Shown here one piece after another: positions 40,427-54,241 of a stretch of 64,000 nt of DNA. Numbering within the stretch: position 1 is the first letter of the stretch; the number at the start of each line of letters is the position of its first letter. A program made the translations under genes and the position numbers. Location of the stretch: the NCBI RefSeq assembly GCF_009914755.1, contig NC_060947.1; one strand, given 5' to 3'. Source of the stretch: the human T2T-CHM13v2.0 reference genome, Homo sapiens. The notes below the pieces were generated by a model, which saw only the letters and a program-made list of their open reading frames with translations, was not told the origin of the DNA and made no database searches.

Positions 40427-42225
40427 CTCAGCTCCAATCATTTAACCTCTTAAAGTCTGTTTACTCATTTGTAAAATATAAATATCAATAGCAACTATCA
40501 CAAATAATTTAGCACTGCCCCTTAGACATCGTAGATGTTAAATATTATGCTAATACAATAATAGCATTCTTCTTTTTCCATTATTTTTTTTTCTAGATTG
40601 AACTTTTATTGGCTACCCACTTAGCTTTTAGGCAAAATCAATTTCATTTTGTTTTTATTTCAAATATTAATAAAAGAGGCACTGCTTGTTTTCATTAACC
40701 TGTGAAATAATTTTCTATGAATTAGAAAATACAGCTGTGTGCATAATTCTGTTCTTTTATCATTATTAGTATTTTCAGCCACTTTTAAGAAACAGAGGAA
40801 ATAATTTTTTTACGAGTTTATCAAATTATCTTGTAATTGTTAAATACACCTTGAAGTCTCCATTCCCATAACTAAATCTGGTTTGTCTTTTACCTTTAAT
40901 TAAGCTAACCTCTCTGTTTAGTAATGTCTAACTGTGAAGATGATAAGCCAGGTACCAATGTTTAACTTGCATTTTTTTAGCATATTTTAAAACTTCAGTG
41001 AAGTCTTGATGTAAATGAATAGATGTATGTATATAAATCTATGGTTATAGTATCTGTTACTCACACATGTCTCATTAAAATTATTGGGAACATTCTTCCT
41101 TTACTTTGTTTTTCTCTTAGTCTTCAAAGTTTTATGTGTAGACTCCTTATAAATAGTTTAAATCAGATTGTTAGTAATAAAGAGGAATATCACTTTAAGA
41201 ATCTGACAGCAATATTTGCATTTTAACATCCATGGGAACAGTATATTGTGTCTAACTTAAGTATCTGACACCAAACATTAAACATAATATTTCCTTTCTA
41301 ATCTTATCCTTTGATACATTTTAGTGTATGAGGTATTTCAAGGAAAGATGTGAAACATGTAAATTAATTGTCTTTTTTATCCCTCAAAGATAACCAAGGT
41401 ATTTATTAAATTCCCTGAAGCCGTATGACAAGACATACAGCTAAACTCAAACTAAATTATCTGGCTCTTGTAAGCTTTATGTTTGACATCATGATAATCC
41501 ATATTTTGTTCTTTTACAAAAGTGATGCAATGAATTTATAAATTAACACAGAGACATTGGTTACAATAATTTCATAAAGACAAAGAGAAGCCTCACAATT
41601 GTGACACCGGGCTTGTTTGACATTCCTTGTACCTAAACAATTTATTACCTTTTACACTATAGTCAGAGGTAGTGAACTATTACTGGAAAAATGGTATTTT
41701 CTCCATGCATTGGAATTTGAATTATTCCTCAAAGGCAGTTCTTGCAGTGGGTAATGTTCCTCGTGTTGTCACTTGGCCAACAGACTGTACCTTGGCATGG
41801 GAAAATTTGTCAGCTTTTTCACATGTGACACAGATGTTGCTTTTAATGATGCATTTAAATAATTTTGCATAGAAAGGGAAGATAAGATTACATAAAAAGA
41901 AAAATAGTTATTCAAGACTTATGAAGGCTCAAGAAACTGGAGAGCCAATAATACACTCTGAATAAGGTCTATGATCTTTCACTTATGAAGAATTTACACC
42001 CAATTTTCATAAATTACATATCGATGTGTTATAAATTATGTACTTTATTTTATTTATAAAATTATGTCCAACATTTTGCTAAAGTTCATTATACAAATTC
42101 CGAAACAAATAATATTGTTTATTTTAGATTTGGTAGTTTAATGACGCCATTCATTTAACGTAAATATGTTTCATTGTGAAAGAACATGGGAAGAAGAATG
42201 ACTTTGTCATACATATATTTTGTTA

Positions 42226-42391
42226 CATTTGATCCAGCAATCCCACTACTGGGTATCTACCCAGAGGAAAAAAAGTCATTATATGAAAAGGATACTCGCA
42301 CAGGCATGTTTATAGCAGCACAATTCACAATTGTGAAAATGTGGAACCAGCCCAAATGCCCACCAAACAATGAGTGAATAAAGAAAATCTC

Positions 42392-42425
<34 letters not shown>

Positions 42426-43120
42426 GTATATATATGTATATATGTATGTATATATATGTATATATGTATATATGTATATATATGTATATATGTATATATG
42501 TATATATGTATATATGTATATTTATACATATATATGTGTATGTATATATATGTATATATATGTGTGTGTATATATATACATATATATATATGCTAGATCG
42601 AATGGTACATCTACTTTTAGTTCTTTAAGACATCTCCATACTGTTTCTCAAAGGGGTTGTACTAATTTAGATTCCCTTCAGCAGTGTAAAAGTGTTCCCT
42701 TTTCACCACATCCATGCCAACATCTATTAATTTATTATTTTTTCATTATGGCCATGTTTGCCAGAATAAGGTGGTATCATATATATATATGTACATACCA
42801 TGGAACACTACTCAGGCATAAAAAGGAACAAAATAATGGCATTTGCAGCAGCCCGGATGGAATTGGAGACCATTATTCTAAGTGAAGTAACTCAGCAATT
42901 GAAAATCAAACCTCATATGTTCTCACTCATAAGTGGCAGCTAAGCTATGAGGACGCAAAGACATAAGAATGATACAATGGACTTTGAGGACTTGGGGGAA
43001 AGGGTAGGAGAGGGGTGAGAAATAAAAGACTACACATTGAGTACAGCATACACTGCTTGGGTGATAGGTGCACCAAAATCTCAGAAATCACCACTAAAGA
43101 ACTTATTCATGTAAAAAAAA
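42226..43120 (+). mobile_element. L1PB1-like 3' end in three pieces (+ 42226-42390, - 42591-42780, + 42781-43120)
   Basis: [23 protein letters not shown] motif and an L1PB1-type 3' UTR (AAGCTATGAGGACGCAAAG...CACCACTAAAGAACTTATTCATGTAA). The middle piece is reverse-complemented upstream L1 sequence. Confidence 0.88.
42392..42590. repeat. Compound (TG)n/(TA)n/(TATATG)n microsatellite, ~200 bp
   Basis: Seen directly. Confidence 0.97.
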
Positions 43121-45313
43121 TTTTTTTAATGTGATTGCTGTATAAAATGAGGAGGAAACATAAAAAAGGATGAGTATAAATTAAGACTTTAGATGAATAT
43201 TCTTAAATTGTATTAAAACTGATTTCTATCAAAGACCAATATAAATTTTTGAAATTGTTTCTTTAAAAATTAATTATACATATTCATTTTCATACATTTA
43301 TTAATACATATTTGTTTGTATTTACATATAAAATGAGGTCTGAGATTTTTCAGATAATAAGATTTCATAGTTATTTCAATAATTACTATTGTAGCAAAAA
43401 TTATAAATATAGGCAATCATATTTGGAGCAATCTTTCATTGTTTATATGGCTCAAATTTTTAAGTATAATTAAATTCAAGTTTTTAAGTATATTTAAAAA
43501 GATGTCTAACATAAATATATAATAGTGTATTTACCCCAGAAACATTAGTAATTAATGATAAGAATAATGATGTAGGAAAATATCAGGAAGGCTTCATCTA
43601 TTTTGTAAAAATGTTCACATGTTTTTATACATCATAAGAAGCACATTTACAATGAAGAATAATTTGGCCTTTATAATAATGTAACAAGATGACATAATTG
43701 CTCCTCACAATTAGAAGCTATCTTTAAGGTCTGAAAGGACATGCAATCTATCTGATTCGATGTATTATTTTTAGTAATCAATGAAATTTCAGTTACTTGT
43801 GATAATAAAGATAATATTATTTTTCTTTAAGATATAGCCTTGCATAATAATAGAAAGATTGATGAAATGGCCAGTTATGTTAAACTTAGAAGAAACATTT
43901 CTTACTAGAAAAGAACATCTTGTAGTTCTCGAAACTCATTTTTTTTCTGTCAACACAGCAAAAATTGAAAATATGTAAAAAGTCTTATTAAATGTAGAGC
44001 TGAAAATGTAGAGCTGAAAGCCTCTTCAGCCTGCCTATTGAATTAGCAAATACAAAATTGAGTACTTTGATTGATATCACCCTGCCAAAGATTCAGCCAA
44101 GAGAATTTGGGTAGCTTTATTAAAGCTGGGTTGGACGGTGAGTCTGAGCATTAATTTTTTATGTAGTAGAACACAGGGTCAAAGCTTGCCTTCTGGGACT
44201 GCCTTTCCTTGTATTATAATAGATTATCAGATTGAAAAATACTATCAGAATACAGAACAGAGTATAGAGATTAAGTGCTAGCTATTTATACATCAAGAAA
44301 CATGAATTATTTTGATGGCTGTTGTTATTATGTAACATAACAGTAACTCCCCCAAATACCCAAACAATAAGAAAATGTAAATTATCTATTTTAACTGTTA
44401 ACTGGACGGTGGAGGTGAGTGAGATTCACTGATTGAATGGTACAAAAGGCATTATATTTAACATAGAAAGTTGTAAATTTTTTACAATCTTATTTATGAA
44501 CACTTGCATTATGGTTGAAAATGAAGGCTTTCATGAAAATAAGCCTATATAAATATATGAAATAATATGCAGGACACATGTGACCCTTATTTATTCCCCA
44601 TTAGTTTTTTATAGTTTGAACGTCTAATAGTTTTGATTTTTTCATCTGAAAATGTGCAATAGTAACGTGTTAGAACAAACATTTGTGAAACACTTATATC
44701 ACAAATGCTCAATATATATTGGTTTCTCATTGCAATAAATGACTGCAAAATCATTAAAAGTAAAAATCATTGACATAAATGCAAAGATGTGAAAAAGTAA
44801 ATTGACTCTCACAAGTCACAATTTAAAATATCTATACACTTCTATTTTTAAATTTCTTTCTAGAATAAAATGTACTAACTCTATCCATTATGCTCCAACT
44901 ACAATTGCATCATAATTAATAATTGATATATTTTCTCTGCTGTATCCATTCCATATATTTCCAGGAGAGCTATTTTGCTTGCCAAATATTGATATAAGCA
45001 AATAAACTTACCAGATATTTCTGATTTTTTATTATCACTCACCCAATCAAGGTACAAATTGAGAACAACATTTTTAGCATATATTAAGCAGAGGTAAGAT
45101 CATCATCTTGTCAAAGAAGGATTTTAGTATATCTTTTTAGAGATAATGTATTGCACTTTTCCAAGTGTCATATAATACTTTGTTAAATTTTAAATTGAAG
45201 TATTACATTGTGAAGCCACAGAACTCCATGATTATAGATAAAGTGCTTTTCTTAGCAAAGCTTAACTGACATGACAAATATATAGTTTTTTATTATCTCT
45301 GAGAAATATGCTT

Positions 45314-45536
45314 CCTTTTTTTTTTTTTTTTTTTTTTGAGACAGAGTTTCACTCTGTCGTCCAGGCTACAATGCAATGGCATGATCTAGGCTCACTGCAT
45401 CCTCCGCCTCCTGGATTCAAGCAATTCTCCTGCCTTGGCCTCCGGAGTAGATGGGATTACAGGCATGCACCACTACGCCTGGCTAATTTTTGTATTTTTA
45501 GTAGGATGGGGGTTTCACCATGTTGGCCAGGCTGAA
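45314..45536 (-). mobile_element. 5'-truncated AluS
   Basis: Poly(T), full right arm and partial left arm. Perfect 17-bp TSD CTCTGAGAAATATGCTT (45297-45313 / 45537-45553). Confidence 0.95.
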
Positions 45537-46225
45537 CTCTGAGAAATATGCTTTCTACTTTTTTGTTTAATTTGAACTTGAAAACAAAACACACACAACT
45601 TCCCAATTGGATTAGACTATTAACATTTCAGAAAGGATGTAAGAAAGGACTAGAGAGATAGTACTTAATGTTTTTAATTTTTTAAACTTTACAAACTTAA
45701 TACTGTCATCCTATTGTTCAGTTAACATACCTGAATCCTAAATTTCTTCAGATTCTAAAACAAAAAGTTCCAGATGATTTTATATTACACTATTTACTTA
45801 ATGGTACTTAAATCCTCATTAAAAAAAGAGTATGGTTGTTAAATCTTCCATTAGAAATTCTGAGCCTTTACTCTGTGTCAGGCCTTGTGGTAGGAGCTGG
45901 GCTTCAGAAATAAGTATACTGCAATCTGATTCCGGGAAATATTTAGATTCATAAATAGATAATTTTAACATAATATAGTAAGTGAAGATGGAGGTATAGA
46001 AAGGGTTTTCACCTCTGGAGAAATAAGAGGGGTATTTAGAATAGGTCTCTTAACTAAGAGGCCTAACATTTTTGTCTGTGAATCCATAATATTGGCAAAC
46101 TAATAATGTGTACACACCACTGACAACAATACTTTATCCTTTGATGAATACCCTACAATGGTGTGATTGAATTGGCTTCCAATTAATTTCAAATTCTATA
46201 TATCAAGAAAAGGTAGATATATACC

Positions 46226-46368
46226 AGATGGCGTCTCACTCTGTTGCCCAGCAGTGCAGTGGCACAATCATGGCTCACTGTAGCCTCGAACTGCTGGGCT
46301 CAAGTCATCCTCCTGCCTCAGCCTTCCCAGTAGCTGTGACTATAGGCATATGCCACCACTCCTGGACT
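46226..46368 (-). mobile_element. AluJ right arm/FRAM fragment
   Basis: GTCTCACTCTGTTGCCCAG...CTGGGCTCAAGTCATCCTCCTGCCTCAGCC; no tail. Confidence 0.85.
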
Positions 46369-46549
46369 TGGATAATGTTTTATTAGAATCATATAGCATA
46401 ATGATATCTTTTGTTAACCTCTCAACATCAGTATCATCTTTGTGAAGTGAGAGCGCATCATCAGATTATAAGAAATGACAGGAGGACTGTATACTTGGGA
46501 AAGTTTTGTTCAGTGTCTTGAGAATTAACAAATATTTATTTTTCTAGAA

Positions 46550-46690
46550 TAACTTGAATGTAAGCTCACTAGAATGTAAGCTCTATGATGGCAGCAGTCT
46601 TGTCTGAGTTGTTCACCTGTGTTTCTGTAGTTCCTTCAACAATATCTAGCACATAGAAGGTTTTTAATAAATATTCATTCAGTGAATTTC
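46550..46690. mobile_element. L2 3' end relic
   Basis: CTAGAATGTAAGCTCTATGATGGCAG...TAGCACATAGAAGG...AATAAATATTCATTCAGTGAAT. Confidence 0.7.
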
Positions 46691-48968
46691 TACTTAATGT
46701 AGCAATCATTTGTCTATTCCCTTAGTAAAGTCTAATTGATCTAGGTATCTTACAAATATATACAAGACCTGGACATAATAACTAAGGTAGAATTTTTGAG
46801 CTAATTAGCTACTGGAAAACTCAAATTAGTAATTATATATATTTTTATTATATACCTGTATGTGTTATTATATATTTATACCTCTATCTATTAGACTCAG
46901 GCAAGCTTGAGGAAGTTGTTGTTTGTCTTCTAAATTCTGTATTCAAAATAGTTTCAATCTGGCCTGCAGAAAAAGCTGAATTAGTCTCAATATAAATACA
47001 ACAAAACCCTTATTGCCAAGGAGAGGCATATACCATGCAAATTCTGATCTGAGGGAATTTCAATTGTTTCAAAAGCCATGATATTTGGGTTCCTCTGGAT
47101 TCTAGCATTACATAAACAGGAAGAGAGGTGAAAATAAGCAGTAGTGATATAAAGAAGTTTCAGGATGGCAATTTGAAATCACGTATTCCAGCTCAACTTT
47201 CTAGAAAGTGACACCTGCAGCTTTGTGGGGGTGTCTTCATGCACAAGCTAAATTGTACCTGTTCCAAATGGCCAGATGCACCTATACTCTGAATGTGGGT
47301 ATACACCCACATTTACCAAGCATTTTAAAATATGCTCTTTAAAGCATAGTTTTGTATCCATTCTGATGACTTCTAGCCTGTAAACACAGGACCCGTGTTA
47401 ATTTAACTTTTAGTATCACAATAGAATGGCATTTTTTAAAGTATAGTTATGATGGTATCATACAACCAGAAATCTAGATGTGAATGAGGTATTTCACTCA
47501 CTTTTGACCTCTTCTGCTTTACTCCTATGTCCAAAAAAAGAAAACAAGGCATGGAGGTATATTTCTGGCATTATAGGTGGGTGAAAGGCGCCCACTATGA
47601 GCTCTGAGCCGAAATGTTTGCCACAGGCTTAAATAACTAATTAGGCTTGGGGAAGACAATGGCTACTTAGAGACATACACCTATAAACTCGGGCATATTT
47701 ACGCTTGCATATTCATTTACCACAGAATTTATTTATCCGTTATCTCTTCTCTCATGATATTTCTGTATTTTTCTTCTTGGGCAGAGCCAAGTTTTGTGAG
47801 TTTATTTGGTCATTTTCTGCATGTATCCCGACTCCTGCTTTTTTTTTCCCCTTCAGATCCACATGCAGCTCAACTGAGGACATAATAATATATCTCTTCT
47901 TTCTCACTCTCTTCTGTTCTTACTATCAAAAATATTCCTAAACCATCTACCTCTCCACCTTTTTAATCAGTTTTACCTATTTCATTTTTGAAAATAAGAG
48001 GAATTATGCCACAAAATTTATATATATATATAAATTTTTATATATACACATATATATAAAAATTTATACTTACACATATATATATATATCCATTAAATTG
48101 CTAATATTATCACATCAGCCACTTTACTAAACAACATGATCTTACTTGGACCCAACAAATAATTAATTCTGGTATGTTATTTTTAACATCTATAATTATA
48201 TAATAATAATAACACTAAGAACAAAAACAACAATAACGACATAATAGTTTTTGCAAATAAAATTGATATTCAAGGCAGAAAGATATACAACTTTGTAAGC
48301 ATAGTAAAGCAATATAACCCTTCTCCTTGTAAAAAAGCAGAAAAAAGTTTTCCTGATACATAAACATAATAGTTTATAACTGATGCTAGTAGATGAAAGA
48401 ATAGTCAATACATTCTTAGTACTTCCAATGCTAAGAACTTGCCCAAAAGAGATAGGAGAGATCCTTGTCCTGAAAGAGTAATGAGAACATCAGAGTCAAG
48501 TTAGTAGAGAGGTAAGGACATGAATTATTTTTGGAGTAGATCAACTAATTATATGATTTGTAACAATAAAACTTAAAATATAATTTGTATTTCCTAAATT
48601 TCTACAGGTTTTTCCCTTTACGTCACATATTCTGCGCTATTTTTCTTCCTTGCATTTATTGTGATGAAGCTGTCAAGTTTATGTCAGAAATAGGCGTTTA
48701 CAATGAACAAAACCTACACTGTGAATCTGGATGCAGGATGAAGTTATGCACATCTAGGAAATAACATGCTACATCCTGTATCGATGATCCTGAAAGATCT
48801 TTGCATTTACAATGAACCTGTCATCAGTAGAACTTAAGCCAGATGTCAGAAAGAGAGTCCAGAGACCATGGTTCTCTATGTAATACACAGAATGGAAATG
48901 GCATGAACAGTGACACTGAACTTTTGTGCCCTGTCTCACTATCATGCGTGCCCAGGAGACCTTGTTCT

Positions 48969-49107
48969 AAGAGAAAAAGAAAGAAAGAAAGAAAGAGAGA
49001 AAGAGAGAAAGAGAGAAAGAAAGAAAGAGAAAGAAAGAAAGGAAAGAAAGAAAGAAAAGAAAGAGAAAGAAAGAGAGAGAGAGAAAGCAAGCAAGCAAGC
49101 AAGCAAG
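48969..49107. repeat. (GAAA)n/(GA)n polypurine tract followed by (AAGC)n
   Basis: Seen directly. Confidence 0.97.
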
Positions 49108-49709
49108 CGGGCATTTGGTCCTTAGGACATTTAGTGAAATGACAAATGGAAGAACAATTAATGACAACTGTGAGTTTTGGGGCAGATCGTAGGGAATCCT
49201 AAGCTGAGAATTTGACAGCCAAATGACTATAATTAACTACGAAAAGGTCAACTAGAAAAAACAAGGCACATACTTAAGCAGACTCTTGTTAAGCTTGTCT
49301 TGTGGTCTGTTTTGTGATCTATTTTCATATGAACTGAAACAGGTCTAACTTTCAAAAGGAAGAAAGGTAAAATATGAGTGACCATATTTTGTCTATTCAT
49401 ATTCATTTAAAAAATATGGCTTAACTGTTATTCCCAGAATCGTAGTTCAAATTTCATTAAAGTAGTTTAAAAGGGAAAGAGGAGGAGAAAGACAGCAAGG
49501 AGAAAGAGAATGCATACTACATAATAAATCGCACTTTGAAAATTCCAAGGTCCCTCGTAAAATTATGAAGAAGTGAAATTGAGCAAGTATAGTGCATTCC
49601 TCCCTGTATTGCATTTCCAGAAGTATGTTGTATAGTCCTAACAGCTTTATACAAGAGATTTGGCTTGTTGATATCTTGTATTCAGTCTCTATTTTTAGTT
49701 GTGTATTTA

Positions 49710-50200
49710 TGTATTTATTTTTATTGTCTATATTTAAGGTGTTCAACGTGATGTTTTTGTACACCTCTGCGTAGTAAAAAGATCACTACAGTCAGACAAA
49801 AACATTAACCTACCCATCACATACCATAGCTACCATTTTTTAAATAGTAAGAGTGCTTAAAATCTACTCTCTTAGTAAACTTTTTGTATACTATACAATA
49901 ATATTAACTATAGACCTCATGCTGTACATTATTAGAACTCTAGACCTATTCATCCTACATAGCTGCAACTTTTTACTCTGTGACCAATTTCTCCCCATTT
50001 TCTCCCTCTCCTTACGCCTGATAACCACTGTTCTACTGTTTATTTCTATGTATTTAACTAAGTTTTAGATATTAAATATCATTGAGATCATGCAGTATTT
50101 TTCTTTCTATGTTTGGCTTATTTCACTTAGGATAATGTCCTCTAGACTCATCTCTGTTGTTACAAATGGTAGTATATCCTTTTTTAAGGCTGAATAATAT
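49710..50200 (-). mobile_element. L1MA/L1MB 3' end fragment
   Basis: TATATTTAAGGTGTTCAACGTGATG, CTTAAAATCTACTCTCTTAG, GAGATCATGCAGTATTT...GGCTTATTTCACTTAG. Confidence 0.85.
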
Positions 50201-51539
50201 TATGGGATATCAAGAAGTCCCAAATTATTTATAGCACAAAAATATGGTTTATGTTGGCAATAGCTGGCAGGAAGCTCCCTGGTTTTGAATTTAATATAGG
50301 CAAATATGCACTAATCGGAAAACTGTAGTCTTTAATGGTGACAAATCATACTCTTTCAAAGTTTACATTTTATCATCAAACTTACATTATTTTAGCTGCT
50401 TATAAGAACTACTGTGAGCTGTGATTAATTTGCTTTCAATTTTTACATTTTCTGTATTTATTATTTTTTGTGCTAATTGGCTCTGAGCCTCTGGATACAA
50501 TTTGAAGAATTAGAAACTACTTACATTTCTACAATAAAGTAATGAGCCACTTAAACTTTGATGTAACCCACATTATATTAGGAGACAATATTTTTATATC
50601 AGTGGCTGTGACAAACAAGTGGCTGTAATTCAATTAGTTTGAATTTGCATTTTCCAGCATAACAACCTTTATTGTGATATTATCTTCACTTCTGAGTAGC
50701 TAGATATGAAGTATTCAAATAAATTTCTATGCACATTTTTTATGTCACATAATCATTTTATTTTGTTCTCTCTCACAATTTTTCATAGTAAAACATGTTT
50801 GCTTTGGAGAAAGCTGTATTTTTTGTGCATTAATGAGCTGAAGTAAAACTATCATTATGTCATTGATTAGAAATTGAGGTAGCAAAATTCTCCCCCAGCT
50901 GGGTGCACAATTGTGGGAAAGTGTGTTTCAGATCCATCTCTGTGTACAAAAAGGAATGGAATGTACTTTGTCGAGATCATTAGTGCTGACTACACATATG
51001 TGAAAATTCAGAAGAGATAGGTGCTTGATGACAAATAGAACTTATGAAACAAGCATTAGTGGGACTAATTTTTATAGATAATTGGAACAAAATTTCCTAA
51101 ACTTTTTCTTTCTGTTCCTTATGATAATCTCTTCTTTCATTTTCCAACAAGCCTGCTGTGCATTTCTTAAATTTATCTACCACATAACTGAATGACAGTT
51201 TAAAACTGAGATAAAGCTTGAGAATATGCAAACATCTTTATAAAACATACTTGAGAGCCCGTTATTTAATGTTGAATATTGTATGATTTTTCTAAATGTG
51301 AGCAAATAATATAATTATAATGTTTTCTTTTTTCAAACTCTGAATTATGTAAAACAAACATATATTTTGTAAGTATCTATTTAAAACACAGCTATATGGA
51401 TGCACATTGCATATACTAAAAGGTCATAAATACAGATCACACTGTATGAGACTACAGTAAAGTTCAGTGAGATAATTTACTTTTACTGCAATGGTAATTT
51501 TTTTTTTAAATTGTAAAGTTTCATTTTAGTAAGAACTTC

Positions 51540-51660
51540 AAAGCAAGATGAATAAGCCCTAGAGATCTGCTGTACATTGTGTCTATAGTCAACAATACCA
51601 TATTGGACACATAAAATTTAAGAAGGTAGATCTCATGTTGAGTGCTCTGACTACAATAAA
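51540..51660 (+). mobile_element. Short L1M 3' terminal fragment
   Basis: GATGAATAAGCCCTAGAGATCTGCTGTAC...GGTAGATCTCATGTTGAGTG...ACAATAAA. Confidence 0.7.
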
Positions 51661-51912
51661 GTACAATTTTCTTAAAAGTTGTTATCAGTAAGTTATAGCA
51701 TTGGAATTGTAATGTAATGAACAGGGCAGTTCATACATCTTTTTTTTTTGGCCTCCTTAGAAGTCAATAAGGTAGTAATGTGTTCATTTCTAGGTCAAAA
51801 CCCATTTTTAGGAACAAAGTTATGAGAAGCTTTCATTCAAGACTTAGACTCTGAAGAACGCAGAAACTAGAGAACTTCAGTAGTAAAACTTACATAATGT
51901 TTGCCCCCTTAA

Positions 51913-52214
<302 letters not shown>

Positions 52215-53199
52215 TGCTCCGTTAATTTTTATATCCCTCTCTTGCCAACAGGTTTTTTTTTTTTTAAGGTTATTTTCTTTCCCTTCACAAGGCTATGTGA
52301 TGTAATGCAAAGGAAAATGAGAAGCATCTGCTGAAGAGTTAAACACCCATACCAAAAGAACCATTTCGCTATTTTGCATATTATCTATTCTAAAGGTAGT
52401 TAAGAGATCCTCACCCTGAACTCAAACGCAATTCAAAAATTTCCTTAAACAAAATCAGAGTGCAATTATTGGACATGAAATAGTAAAGAGGTATAAGTTG
52501 TTTAGAACATTTTATTTTAAAATAACATGAAAGTCATGCATATATGGTCAGTCCTAAGTCCTTTTCATGTTATTTGTGATTCAAGAGATATATTTTGTCC
52601 TGGCCTCTCAATAGGATGTCAGTGCACTTTTGTCTTCTCTGCATGAACTGCCAAGCAGTTTAACAGATCAGAACATCTAGCCCCTGTTAGGAGTATTAAA
52701 TATCACTGTCAGTTTATTCTATGAAAAATGAAGTGTATGTCAGCGGGGCTGTCATGCTATATGTACAAACAGTTGACCTTCCACTTTGTTTCAGGAAAGA
52801 GGCTGATATTTGATTTTCTTTTTTTTAATCAGCCTTGTTTTTGCCAGTGGATTTTTTAGGCCGGCACCACTGTAATCCATTATTTCTCACTGACAATACT
52901 GAATTTACATAAAACATTCAAGAAAATGCAATTGATCTACAGCTATGTCCTCTTTTTGAAATAAGGCAATAAGGCATCAGGGGCTGAATAGTTGTGAAAG
53001 CTCTTTGACCTGAAGTATCAGTAAATGCATAAGATTTATGAATAGTTCACCAGTATTTGTCAGCACAACAGAACATAAACATTTGTATTGCTGGGTGCTC
53101 ATTTTACAGTTGTTTATAGAGACTACAGGGTGCCATTCTACTGTCGACGACTCTGCGCTAGATACAAAAGTATCACTACATTGGGATTGTATTTTCCTA

Positions 53200-53340
53200 T
53201 AGCCAAGTAAATTCATGTGATAAGATGTAAACTGAGGCTCAAAGATATTAGGAAACTTGGTTGTAGTCATACAGTTTTACATGGAAGAATTGATATTTAA
53301 ACCCTGATTTGCCATACCCAAGAGTTCTTTCCTCTGTATG
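53200..53340. mobile_element. MIR relic
   Basis: GTAAACTGAGGCTCAAAGA...AACTTGGTTGTAGTCATACAG...ATTTAAACCCTG. Confidence 0.6.
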
Positions 53341-53886
53341 GCATACCAGATTTTTAATAGTGAGGTTCCTTGAATATTTACATAAAATATTTATATACTG
53401 ATACAATCCTTTCTTTATTTACTATTCTCTTTCATCAACTCAAGCGAATTGCTTAGCATAATAAAACCTCCATAAATCTGCATACCGTCTCTTTCCATAC
53501 TGATTTCTCCAGTTGCCCCTCAATCCCAATGCTTTAAACAATCCAGATAATCTTAGGTTCACTTAATGATTCATGCGGCTTCATGTGCCTGCTTATATGC
53601 TATTCTGTTTGAATGTCCACTTTGAAAACACTTCTCATCTTTCAACACACAGTCGCAGTCAATTTTTTTTTTTTGTAATGCTTTCCATTTCTCCTCCTTG
53701 AGGTAGAATTGAGCACTCTCTCCTCTGTGACATCACTATACCCTATATGGACTGCTGTCATACCAGCTAAGATAAATTTATTATGTATTTTAACGAGTTT
53801 ATTGAGAAATAACTGACAAATTACAAATTGTCCATATGTAAAGTATGCAATTTGGCATATCAGTAAACATTCGAAATTATCACCAC

Positions 53887-54241
53887 TGTATTATTCCATT
53901 TTCATGCTGCTGATAAAGATATACCCGAGACTGGGAATAAAAAGAGGTTTAATTAGACTTTCAGTTTCACATGGCTGAGGAGGCCTCAGAATCATGGTGG
54001 AAGGCAAAAGGCACTTCTTACATGGCAGCAGCAAGAGAAAATGAGGAAGATGCAAAAGCGGAAACCCTTGATAAAGCCATCAGATCTCGTGAGACTTACT
54101 CACTACCACAAGAGCGGTATGGGGGAAACTGCCCACATGATTCAAATTATCTCCCACCGAGTCCCTCCCACAACACATGGAAATTATGGGAATACAATTC
54201 AAAATGAGATTTGTGTGGGGAGACAGAACCAAATCATATCA
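53887..54241 (-). mobile_element. THE1A/B-like solo LTR inserted in an old L1M 3' fragment (~53785-54300)
   Basis: TGTATTATTCC...AATCATATCA is the reverse complement of a THE1 LTR. Perfect TSD ACCAC (53882-53886 / 54242-54246). Confidence 0.93.

Larger units (their letters stand above)
36085..40435 (-). mobile_element. 5' half of a second L1 (L1PA13-16 class): 5' UTR, ORF1 and endonuclease part of ORF2
   Basis: Endonuclease remnant (LIDIYRNLYP..GTYSKIDHIIGHKT) at 36943-37197, ORF1 region, GC-rich 5' UTR at ~38850-40435 with the canonical L1 start CAAGATGGCC on the minus strand. No poly(A). Confidence 0.88.

Noticed and set aside
38847-40491. Many overlapping ORFs up to 183 aa
   Set aside because: Expected in a GC-rich L1 5' UTR with a CA repeat; no recognisable protein.
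42257-42885. Tyr/Ile/Cys-rich ORFs and a superficially array-like repeat
   Set aside because: Translation of a TA/TG microsatellite. There is no repeat-spacer structure, so it is not CRISPR-like.
45930-45938. Perfect STAT GAS motif TTCCGGGAA (also TTCCCAGAA at 49431-49439)
   Set aside because: Isolated 9-mers are expected by chance in 64 kb.
48824-49167. Lys/Glu/Arg-rich and Leu/Ser/Phe-rich ORFs
   Set aside because: Translation of the (GAAA)n tract.
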